A DNA stretch of 64,000 nucleotides from Candidatus Latescibacterota bacterium. GTDB taxonomy: Bacteria > Krumholzibacteriota > Krumholzibacteriia > WVZY01 > JAKEHA01. Location: the NCBI GenBank assembly GCA_963707635.1, contig OY970173.1:320001-384000 (forward strand), written 5' to 3'. The position numbers were made by a program, and so were the translations under genes. Under the pieces are notes generated by a model. The model was not told where the DNA came from and did not search any database. It saw only the letters and a program-made list of their open reading frames with translations. Position 1 is the stretch's first letter. Each line of letters opens with the position of its first letter. Shown one piece after another: positions 32,198-40,826 of this stretch.

Positions 32198-33453
32198 CTA
32201 CGTCTTGAGCGTTTTCTTCTTGGCCGCGGGGAAGAGAATATTATTGAGGATGAGCCGATAGCCCGGCGAGTTGACGTGGAGCGAAAGGTCCGTCGGCGGG
32301 TCGCCGACCGCGTGCTGATAGTCTTCGGGGTCGTGGCCGCCCAGGAACGTGAAGGTGCCGCGGCCGATATTGCCGTGGAGGTATTTCACCTCGTCGTGCA
32401 CCGCGTCCTCGCCCAGGATCACGACGCTTTTCTTGACCAGTGATTTCCGAAACCCCGTGGTCTGTCCCAGGAAGCCCTTCACGTACCCCACGTGGTTCTG
32501 CGTGAGCATGGTCGGCACGGGGTCGTACTTGGCGGAGAACTCGAACAACGTGAAGAAATCCGCCTCGCTCCCGCGCGCGGAGACGTAGTCGCTGGTGTCG
32601 ATGTCCGAAAACTCGTAGACCAGCGGGCTCGGGATGATCCGGAAGCCGGTGAACGCGAAACAGCGCTCGTAGTCGAGCTTATCCTGATAGCCGGGCGTGA
32701 GCCCGTCGTAGTCGAACTCCTGCGCCACGATATCGACGCCGGCGGCGGCGAGCGCGATGTCGTAGGAATCGCACGCCGAACACATCGCGAAGAGGAATCC
32801 GCCGTTGTTCACGTACTCGCGAATCTTCTCCGCCACCGCCTTCTTCTCGTCGGAGACTTTCTTGAACCCGAGCGCGCGGGCACGCGTCTCGGCGTCACGC
32901 TGCTCGGCCTGGTACCAGTCGGTCTGGCGGTAGGCCGCGTAGAACTTGCCGTACTGGCCGGTGAAATCCTCGTGGTGGAGGTGGAGCCAGTCGTACTTGA
33001 CCAGGTCGCCGCGCAGCACGTCCTCATCGAACACGCGGGCGTACGGTACCTCGGCGTACTCGAGGGCCAGCATCACGGCGTCGTCCCACGGCTGCTTCAG
33101 AGGCGGGCAGTAGATGGCCACGCGCGGCGCCTTCTCGAGACGCACGGTCTCCATGTTGTTCTGCGCGATTTCGGCCTGGATCTGCGCGACCTGCGAGCCG
33201 GAGACCTCCTCGAACGAAACGTTCTTCACCCGTGCGTCGAGGATGAGGTCGTTGGCCGCGGGCAGGAGGAAGCTCCCGCCGCGGTAGTTGAGCAACCAGT
33301 CGACGGTGTGCCCCTTTTGGAGAGCTTCAAACGCGAGCCCGTAGGCCTTGAGGTGATTGGTCTGGGCCAGGTCCATCGGCACCAGGATCTGCTGCGCCGA
33401 CGCAGGGGCCGCCCCCGCGGCGCAAACAGGAGGACGAGGAGGCTACGGCGCAT
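32198..33453 (-). CDS. Exported conserved protein (family often labelled 'asparagine synthetase B'; GATase1-like fold); apparent frameshift near 33420
   Basis: ILVPMD..QTNHLKAYG, WLLNYRGGSF, PWDDAV, DWLHLHHEDFTGQYGKF, FAMCSA, GGHDPEDY; the signal peptide starts in another frame at ATG 33453. Confidence 0.8.
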
Positions 33454-35347
33454 ACGTGGTTCCCTCCGTCGCCGCGCGCATGCGGGTCACGTCGCGGCGC
33501 ACGTCGTCGAGCATGGCATACTGCGGATACGCCATCAGCACCTGCTCGTACTCCTTGAGGGCCTGGTCGTACTGACCCAGCCCAACTTCGTACACGCGGC
33601 CCATCGCGCGGCGCACCGCCGGCGCCTGGTCGTGTTCCGGATAGTCATCGAGGAACTTGCGCAGCGTAGCGAGCGACGCGTCATAGTTTCCCTGCTCAAA
33701 GAGCACCAGGCCCAGCCGGTTGAGCGCGCGCGGACGCAGCGGGTCGTGCGCGTCCCGCGCCGCGACCGCCTCGAGCCGGGTCACCGCGGTGGCCGTGTCG
33801 CCCACCATCTCCGCCTTGCGCGCCGCGACCAGGTCGTCGAGCGACTCCGAGCCGAGCTTCAATCCCTCTTCGATCACCCACGCAATCTCGATGGCGTCGT
33901 TGGTGTAGGCGGACGAAGGCGCGCGCTCGGCGAGCGCGGTCAGGGTATCGCGCGCGGCGGCGTACTTGTGCTGGGTCGCCAGATAGACGCCCGCGTAGTA
34001 CTGGGCGGCCTGCGCCCGGTCCGGCTGGGCGGAGCGCAGCATGGTCGTCAGGTAGCGCTGCGCCTCGTCGCCGCGCCCGGTGCCGATGTACACCTCGGCG
34101 ATTCGCGCCGCGTACAGCCCGGCGTCCTTGCGCGCGTTGATCGACCCCGACTGGTACACGGCGAGCGCGTCGTCCGGCCGTTTGAGCCGGTAGAGGAGCA
34201 CGTCGCCGCGCTCGAGATACGCCTGTTCCGCCAGTTCCGAGCCAGGGAAGCTCCTGGAAATGGCAGCGTACTCGTCCGCGGCGCGCTCCAGATACCCGGC
34301 GCGCTCGATCGGCGGCACGGCCGGATTCGCGCCGGAGCCGTACGCGACGTACACGCCGGCCAGCGCGAAGCGGGCGCGGTCCATCGCGGGAGCCTTCGGG
34401 TGCGACTGGATGTAGCCCTCGAGCGAGCGGAGCGCCAGGTCCAGGTAGCGTCCGCGCTGCACGCGCGGCTTCGTCTCCGCGAGCGTCGACGCGGCCTCCG
34501 CGAGCGAAAGCAGCGCGCTGCCGTCGGAAACCTTGTCGTTGTCCGCGCGCAGCGCCATCTCGAGCGAGTTCTCGAGCATCCCGCGCTCGAGGTAGCGCGC
34601 CGCCAGCACGTCGGCGGCGACCACGCCCGCCGTCCCGCCACGGTCGACGCGGCCCTTGAGGTACGCGATGAGCGATTCCTCGTCGCGGCCCGAGTCGCGG
34701 ATCGTCTCGATCATCCGGTCGCGCACGAACCGGTAGCCGCGCGGCTCCTCGGCGACATAGTCGAAGTACTCGTCGAACGCGCGGCGGTTGTCGCCGAGCT
34801 GCCGGTAGTAGGTCGCGATCTCCAAAGTCAGCGCGCCGTTCTTCTTGGACCGCTGCCGCCCGCTCTCCAGCACCGCGATGGCCTGGTCGGGGCGGCCCAG
34901 GTCCCGGATTGCGCTCGCCACCATCTTGTAGGCGGCGATCGAGTAGTTGTTCGCCTCGAGCAGCCGGTCGAAGACCTGCATGGCCTCCTTCTCGCGGCCC
35001 TTGGCAAAGTAGATCGAGCCGAGCGACTTGCCGGCGTCGAGGTTCACCGGGTTGGCGTCGAGCGCCGCGCGGTAGTAGACCGCGGCCGAGTCGACGTTCC
35101 CCACCACCTGCATCGCGTACCCGAGACGCGCGAGGATGTCGTCGCGCCCGGGGTAGCGCGCGTTGAGCTTGCGCAGCATCACGAGCGCCGCTTCGGGGTC
35201 GATGTTAATGAGGCGCGTGGCTTCGACGATGTCGGCACTGACCACGAACGGGTCGGCGGAAAAGGGCTGACGCGTGTCGCGCTGGGCCGCGGCGGCGCCC
35301 GCGATCGTCAGCGCGGCGAGGAGTGGCAACAGCAAGGATGCCCGCAC
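33443..35347 (-). CDS. Exported tetratricopeptide-repeat protein
   Basis: Signal peptide; many TPR motifs including BamD/CpoB-like repeats (FLDDYPEH, VLMAYPQ). Confidence 0.85.
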   Translation of the reverse strand: MRASLLLPLLAALTIAGAAAAQRDTRQPFSADPFVVSADIVEATRLINIDPEAALVMLRKLNARYPGRDDILARLGYAMQVVGNVDSAAVYYRAALDANPVNLDAGKSLGSIYFAKGREKEAMQVFDRLLEANNYSIAAYKMVASAIRDLGRPDQAIAVLESGRQRSKKNGALTLEIATYYRQLGDNRRAFDEYFDYVAEEPRGYRFVRDRMIETIRDSGRDEESLIAYLKGRVDRGGTAGVVAADVLAARYLERGMLENSLEMALRADNDKVSDGSALLSLAEAASTLAETKPRVQRGRYLDLALRSLEGYIQSHPKAPAMDRARFALAGVYVAYGSGANPAVPPIERAGYLERAADEYAAISRSFPGSELAEQAYLERGDVLLYRLKRPDDALAVYQSGSINARKDAGLYAARIAEVYIGTGRGDEAQRYLTTMLRSAQPDRAQAAQYYAGVYLATQHKYAAARDTLTALAERAPSSAYTNDAIEIAWVIEEGLKLGSESLDDLVAARKAEMVGDTATAVTRLEAVAARDAHDPLRPRALNRLGLVLFEQGNYDASLATLRKFLDDYPEHDQAPAVRRAMGRVYEVGLGQYDQALKEYEQVLMAYPQYAMLDDVRRDVTRMRAATEGTTYAP

Positions 35348-35348
35348 G

Positions 35349-38300
35349 TCATTCGCTCCGGGGGGCGTCGCCGGCGGGCTCCTCGGCGAGCGCGCGGAAA
35401 TAGAGTCGAATCAGATCCTCGAACTCGCCCGGGGCCTTGAGCTGCATCGCGCGCTGGATCTCGTCGCGCAGCGTCTGCGCGCCGGCGGCGTCGGGCCGCT
35501 TGCCGAGACTCTTGGAAAACACGTCTTCCGCGGTGACGCTCTCGCGCTGCTTCTCGTAGTCGCGGGTGTGGACGGAACGCTCGGCGTCGAGCAACCGGCT
35601 CAAGATGCGCTGCTCCTTGTTGACCAGGTCCTCGTTCACCGCGCCCTGGTTGAGCGAGTTGGCGACCGCCTCCATCTCTTCGATGGTGCGGTCGAGTTTC
35701 CCCAGCGCCTCCTTGTTGTTCTTGAGCGACTCCTGGATCTGCTTCGCGACTTCCTGCAGCGAACGCTGCTGGCCCGAGAGCCGTTCGAGCTGGGCCTGGC
35801 GCTGCTGGCGCAACGCTTCCTCCGCCATGCGCAGCTGCATCATGGACTGGGTCTCGCGCACGATGTCCTGTTGCTGGGGAATCATCTGCTGCAGCATCTG
35901 CATCGCCTGCGACTGCTCGCCGCTCCCGGAGCCGGAGGTGCAGTTTTTCGCGCTGCGGAGCATCTCGATGGTGGCCAGGTTGAGCGACTCGACCGCGTTG
36001 TGCGCGTGCGCGGTCGACATGTATGGCTTGTCCTGCTCGAGAAAGAGCACCGAGTTCTGCATCCGGTCGATGGCGTTGCCCAGCGCCTCCATGAGCGCGG
36101 GCGGCACCTGCATGGTGAGGTTCGAGAGTTTCGCGATCTCGTTCGCCACTTTCTCCGTCGCCTGCAGGTAGCTCAGCTGATCCTGGGCGAAGGACTGCAT
36201 CTGCGGCGACTGCGGCTCGCCCTCGCTGGCGCCATCCTTGAGGTCGCCGGCCAGCGACTCCTGGCGGAACGACAGCTCGAGCGTCTGCTTCGCGAACCGC
36301 TGGAAGTTCACCGCCATCTTCTTTCCCTGGTTCTGGCCCATCGCCTGCTGCGCCTGCTGCGCGCGCTTGAACAGGCCCACCATCTGGTCGAGCGCCTGCT
36401 GCTGCTCCTGCATCGCGGACTGCTTCTGCTGCTGCGAGAGGTCCTGCGACGCCTTTTCCATGTGCGGCTTCGGCCCCTGCTTCTGCATCTCCTGGGCCAT
36501 CTGCTGCAGCTGCTCCTGCACCTGCGCGTCCTCCTGCATGTCCTTCGCCAGCTCGTCGGCGGACTTCTCCATTTCCTCCGCCTGGCGCGCCAGCTCGTCC
36601 TGCCGCTTCGCCAGCTCGTCCATCTTCTCCTTGTCCTTTGACGACGACTCGCCGGTCTCCTGGTTGAGCTCGCTCTGCTTCTCCATCAGGTTCTGGCTCT
36701 TGCGAACCAGGTCCTCCATGCGCTGTTCCTTCTGAATCTGCTTCAGAAGCGACGCGGTCCGCTCGAGGCGCTGCAGCATCTCCTCGGTGTTCATCTCGAG
36801 ATTTTGCAGCGCCTGCTTGATCTCCTCCGGACTCATCGAGTCCATCGCCTTGCGCAGCTCGTCCATGTACTTCTTCAGTTCGGCGGAGTCGATCTGCTCC
36901 ATCAGGTCGCGAATCTCTTCGAGCTTCTCGCCGATCTGCTGGCTGGTCATTTCGTTGTCGGAGAGCTCCTGCAGGGTCTTGTCGAGCGACTCCTTGACGT
37001 CGCCCAGCTTTTCTTCCACCGCCTGCTGCTTCTCCACCGCGCGGTCGAGCTCCTTCTTCTGCGTCCAGTCCATCTTCTCGGTCTTCAGGTATTCGCGCGA
37101 AATCTTCTCGAGCTGCTCGCTCAGCTCGCGGCTGTCCTCGATGGCGGTCTTGAGGCTCTCTGCGCGATTCGCTTCTTCCTCGTGGGCGCTGTCGTACAGC
37201 TCGGCGATGGTCGGCACCGTGATCCGGAACAGCCGGCTGCGCCCGATGCCCGGGCCGGTCACGATGTTGTTGTCCGCCACCTCGACGAAGTACTCGACCG
37301 AATTGCCCGGGAAGAGTGACACCGCCGCCAGGTCCCACCGGTACGCGACCGCGATTTCCTTGCGGTTCTTCTGCTCACCCAGCGGAATCGCGAGTTTTCG
37401 AAAGTCCCCCTCTTCGCCCGACTTGCGGAAATAGAGACTCGCGCGCGCGGCGCCGTAGTCGTCCGCGGCGATGAAGCCGAGGTCGATCTGCTGGTTCCGC
37501 GGCATGGCGGTGTCCTCGCCCGGTTCGAGCACGTCCACCGTCGGGGGGCGATCCTGAAACACTTCGACCGTGTAGGCGAGCGGATCGCGGGTCGCGAAGC
37601 CCAGCGAATCCTCGAGCAGCACCTTGTAGTGTCCGTCGGACAGCGCCGTGAAGTCGAACGAGAGGTCGCGGTTGGTGTGCGCGACCGGCTGCTTCTCCTT
37701 CTCGTCGAACTGGACCCACGCGGCGCGCAGCGGGTTGTTGCTCCGTGCCTCCACCTTGACGCGGGTGCCTTCCAGCACCTGCACGTTGCCGGCGTTTTCG
37801 GCCAGCGTCGTCGGCGCCTCGCCGGTGTACGCGGGCGGGGTGAGCGTGACGCGCACGTCGGTGAGGATCGGTTCGTGCACCACCGTGATGGTGCAGGTTG
37901 GGCTCTTGTAGTCGCCGGCCTGGAAGTAGTACGCGATCGAATTGCGCAGGTCGCGGAAGGTGTAGTCGTAGTGGTCGAACGCGTCCGCACCCGCTTCGGC
38001 ACCGGGGACGAGCGTCGTCGGCTCCGTCTTCCAGAAATCGCCCGAGAGATTGAACGAGACCTCGACCGGCATGTCGCTGCGCCCGAGGTCGAGCCCGCTG
38101 ACGGTCACGTTGCTGCCCGCGAGCACGGTCACGTTGCCCGGGCGCGCGAGGAGATTCGGGCGATGGGGCGCGAGTGCCACCGCTTCGGGCGACACCACGC
38201 GCCGGCCCGCGCGCGCGACCACCGACGGGTCGAAGAGCGCGAACGCGGCCAGCCCGGCCAGCCCACCCAGCGCGACCGGGACCAGCATGAGGTCGCGGCG

Positions 38301-38738
38301 ACTCAGGAACAGCGCGCGGACCTTGAGGCCGGAGAGCTTCTCGATCGCCTGGCGGATGACTTCGCGCACCAGCTCCGGCGAGTAACGCTGCGCCGCGGCC
38401 GGGTCACGGCTGAACTCGAAGCCCGCGCGCACCAGCTCCTTCAGGTCCTGGCGGCGCTCGATTTCCGACGCGAGCTGGTTCAGCCGCGGCATCCGCACCA
38501 GCGGCCACACCACGAAATACCCGAACAGCGCGAGGGCCAGGACCAGCGTGACGCGCGCCACCACCACCGCGGTGGTGAGCCCCGGGGCCTCCACGGCCGC
38601 GGTCCACACGATCACGGCGAGCAGCACCCACGAGAACGCGGCCAGGAACGACACCATCCCCGCGCCCACGTGCAAGGCGGCGGTGCGCACGAGAATCGAG
38701 CGCAGGTACTTGCGAAGGGCGTCGTTGCCGGTCGTCAT
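35349..38738 (-). CDS. DUF4175-like membrane protein with Ig-like domains and long Q/M/E-rich coiled coil
   Basis: Three N-terminal TM helices; TPPAYTG, DRPPTV..PG, AADDYG; C-terminal coiled coil with RILSRLLDAERS and YFRAL. Confidence 0.75.
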   Translation of the reverse strand: MTTGNDALRKYLRSILVRTAALHVGAGMVSFLAAFSWVLLAVIVWTAAVEAPGLTTAVVVARVTLVLALALFGYFVVWPLVRMPRLNQLASEIERRQDLKELVRAGFEFSRDPAAAQRYSPELVREVIRQAIEKLSGLKVRALFLSRRDLMLVPVALGGLAGLAAFALFDPSVVARAGRRVVSPEAVALAPHRPNLLARPGNVTVLAGSNVTVSGLDLGRSDMPVEVSFNLSGDFWKTEPTTLVPGAEAGADAFDHYDYTFRDLRNSIAYYFQAGDYKSPTCTITVVHEPILTDVRVTLTPPAYTGEAPTTLAENAGNVQVLEGTRVKVEARSNNPLRAAWVQFDEKEKQPVAHTNRDLSFDFTALSDGHYKVLLEDSLGFATRDPLAYTVEVFQDRPPTVDVLEPGEDTAMPRNQQIDLGFIAADDYGAARASLYFRKSGEEGDFRKLAIPLGEQKNRKEIAVAYRWDLAAVSLFPGNSVEYFVEVADNNIVTGPGIGRSRLFRITVPTIAELYDSAHEEEANRAESLKTAIEDSRELSEQLEKISREYLKTEKMDWTQKKELDRAVEKQQAVEEKLGDVKESLDKTLQELSDNEMTSQQIGEKLEEIRDLMEQIDSAELKKYMDELRKAMDSMSPEEIKQALQNLEMNTEEMLQRLERTASLLKQIQKEQRMEDLVRKSQNLMEKQSELNQETGESSSKDKEKMDELAKRQDELARQAEEMEKSADELAKDMQEDAQVQEQLQQMAQEMQKQGPKPHMEKASQDLSQQQKQSAMQEQQQALDQMVGLFKRAQQAQQAMGQNQGKKMAVNFQRFAKQTLELSFRQESLAGDLKDGASEGEPQSPQMQSFAQDQLSYLQATEKVANEIAKLSNLTMQVPPALMEALGNAIDRMQNSVLFLEQDKPYMSTAHAHNAVESLNLATIEMLRSAKNCTSGSGSGEQSQAMQMLQQMIPQQQDIVRETQSMMQLRMAEEALRQQRQAQLERLSGQQRSLQEVAKQIQESLKNNKEALGKLDRTIEEMEAVANSLNQGAVNEDLVNKEQRILSRLLDAERSVHTRDYEKQRESVTAEDVFSKSLGKRPDAAGAQTLRDEIQRAMQLKAPGEFEDLIRLYFRALAEEPAGDAPRSE

Positions 38739-38756
38739 GCAGCCTCTCCTGTCGCT

Positions 38757-39470
38757 CTACATCAGAACGTTCTGCGTGATCGCGTACATGAGCACGTTCA
38801 CGGCCATCTTCATCGCCTGTTCCCGTTTCTCGGGGGGATCGCGATGCACGTCGGGGTCGTCGAGTCCGTCCCCAATGTCGGTCTCGTACACGTAGAACGC
38901 GACCAGACGCCCCTCGATCGTCACGCCGAACGCCTGCGGCGGCCGCCGGTCGTGTTCGTGGATCTTGGGCAACCCGGGCAGGTCGTAGAAACTGTGAAAG
39001 ATCGGGTGGTCGTTCGGTATCTCCTCGATCGGATGGTCCGGAAACACGTCCCGCATCATCGCGCGAAACGACGAGTCCATCCCGTAGTCGTCGTTGGCGA
39101 ACAGAAACCCGCCGTCTTCCAGATACGCCCGCAGCGCGTCGCGCTCGTCGGGAGTGAGCTTCACCGTGCCGTGCCCGGTCATGTAGAGAAACGGAAACGC
39201 GCGCAGGTGCTCGTCCAGCAGTGTCAGCACCTTCTCTTCCTTGTACGTAGGGACGCCGGTGCGGTTCTCGAACTCGCGCAGCCAGTTGGGCACTTCCGAG
39301 GGGCCGTTGTACCAGTCGCCGCCGCCGCCGTACTTCAGGCGCGCGATGCGGACGTTGAGTTCCTCCGCCGGATCACCCTTGGTCGGCTGCGCCGAAATCA
39401 CCCCCGGGGCGGCAATTGCCGCTCCCAGCAGGAGGATGGTCACCAGACATGCCCTTCGATGCGACCGCAT
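38757..39470 (-). CDS. DUF4159 domain exported protein
   Basis: IARLKYGGGGDWY, PFLYMTGHG, YLEDGGFLFANDDYG, HPIFH, PKIHEHD, TDIGDG. Confidence 0.9.
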   Translation of the reverse strand: MRSHRRACLVTILLLGAAIAAPGVISAQPTKGDPAEELNVRIARLKYGGGGDWYNGPSEVPNWLREFENRTGVPTYKEEKVLTLLDEHLRAFPFLYMTGHGTVKLTPDERDALRAYLEDGGFLFANDDYGMDSSFRAMMRDVFPDHPIEEIPNDHPIFHSFYDLPGLPKIHEHDRRPPQAFGVTIEGRLVAFYVYETDIGDGLDDPDVHRDPPEKREQAMKMAVNVLMYAITQNVLM

Positions 39471-39594
39471 GGGATAACTCGCTGACTTCCATTATAGTTA
39501 ACGGCGCGTGCGAACGCAAAGGCGCCGCTCGCTCCGCGGGGCTCCGGGGTGCGGTTCTTGCGACCCCACACACGCCCCGGCAAGGACTTGCACG

Positions 39595-39623
39595 TTGCGT
39601 GCCCCGCGCGCGCTGTCTAGTAT
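39595..39623 (+). promoter_or_regulatory. Possible sigma70-type promoter for the DUF6600-like lipoprotein gene
   Basis: TTGCGT-N17-TAGTAT. Confidence 0.4.
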
Positions 39624-39669
39624 TCCTTCGGAGGCCTCGTTCTTCCGTCGCCCGCGGAGCCGAAACCCG

Positions 39670-40668
39670 ATGAAGACCACACCCATCGTTTTTGCCATCT
39701 CGTTGTCCGCCCTCGCACTGGCCTGCGGCGGATACGACCGCGAGCTGCTCGGCGACCCCCAGCCCGAACCGGCGCAAGAGGTCACGGAGGCGCCATCGGA
39801 GGAGTTCTACACCCAGGTGCCTCCCGAGTCGCTCGATGTCGGCATGTTTTCGGAGCTCAAGTTCTACGGAAGCTGGTTCTACCTCGACCCGTTCGGGTGG
39901 GTATGGCGCCCGATCGTCATGTCCGACTGGGCCCCGTTCGTGTACGGCCACTGGGTGTGGACGTCATACGGGTGGATGTGGGTCTCTTACGAGCCCTTCG
40001 GGTGGGCGACCTGTCACTACGGGTACTGGACCAACGACTTCACCCTGGGGTGGGTCTGGATCCCGGACTATCAGTGGTCGCCTTGCCAGGTCGACTGGAT
40101 CGTCTACGACGACTATGTCTGCTGGTCGCCGGTGCCCCCGCAGGGAGTCCGCTTCAAGGATCCCTGGGAGGCTGACCGCTACAACCCGTGGGTCACGGTG
40201 CGCTGGAAGAACTTCGTCGAGCCCGAGGTGGCTCATTACAAAGAGCCCGCGAAGTTCAAGGCCGGTTACTCGGATCGCACGCTGCGCCGCACCGCGCCGG
40301 ACAACCGCGACATCGAGCGCGTGCGCGGCAAGACCCTCGCCACGGTCGACGTGTCGCTCGAACGCACGGTGGTCGGCGAGCACGAGTTCGCGCGCGTCGC
40401 CTTGCCGCCGGATCAGCAGCAGATCGTGGAGCAGCACCGCGCGCAGTACAAGGCCCCATCGGGCGCGTCGATAAAGACCCCGGGCGTCCAGCCCTCGCCG
40501 GGGCCCGAGAAACCCAAGGGATCGTCGGGCACCACGACCGAAAAGAAGAAAGACACGAGCAAGCCGAAAGCCTACAAGACGCAGGCGAAAGAAGACAAAT
40601 CCAAGGACAAGGACGCGGACGACAAGCCGAAGTCAGGGGAGAAGGCGAAAGAGAAGAAGCCCTGCTAG
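39670..40668 (+). CDS. DUF6600-like Trp-rich lipoprotein with Lys-rich tail
   Basis: ALALA-C lipobox; YGSW...GWVWRP...WAPF..GHW...GWMWVSYEPFGWATCHYGYW...GWVWIP. Confidence 0.85.
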   Translation: MKTTPIVFAISLSALALACGGYDRELLGDPQPEPAQEVTEAPSEEFYTQVPPESLDVGMFSELKFYGSWFYLDPFGWVWRPIVMSDWAPFVYGHWVWTSYGWMWVSYEPFGWATCHYGYWTNDFTLGWVWIPDYQWSPCQVDWIVYDDYVCWSPVPPQGVRFKDPWEADRYNPWVTVRWKNFVEPEVAHYKEPAKFKAGYSDRTLRRTAPDNRDIERVRGKTLATVDVSLERTVVGEHEFARVALPPDQQQIVEQHRAQYKAPSGASIKTPGVQPSPGPEKPKGSSGTTTEKKKDTSKPKAYKTQAKEDKSKDKDADDKPKSGEKAKEKKPC

Positions 40669-40676
40669 GAGCCTGT

Positions 40677-40772
40677 GAGCGGATGCATGGCTTCCTTCTT
40701 CGCTCAGGGTCCTCGCGCGCGACTGTTGAAAGCGCGCTGCGGATTCGCTCCGAAGGAACCATGCATCCGCTC
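40677..40772 (+). repeat. Dispersed structured palindromic element, copy B
   Basis: Outer stem gagcggatgcatgg-c-ttccttc / gaaggaa-ccatgcatccgctc around core ttcgctcagggtcctcgcgcgcgactgttgaaagcgcgctgcggattcgctcc. Confidence 0.88.
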
Positions 40773-40826
40773 TGAACCAAGCCGCACGCCCGCTCCGAAA
40801 GAACTCCATGCACTCGCTCCGAATGT

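Noticed and set aside
32492..35440. 982-aa plus-strand ORF
   Set aside because: Lies antisense to two well-supported minus-strand genes and has no recognisable domain.
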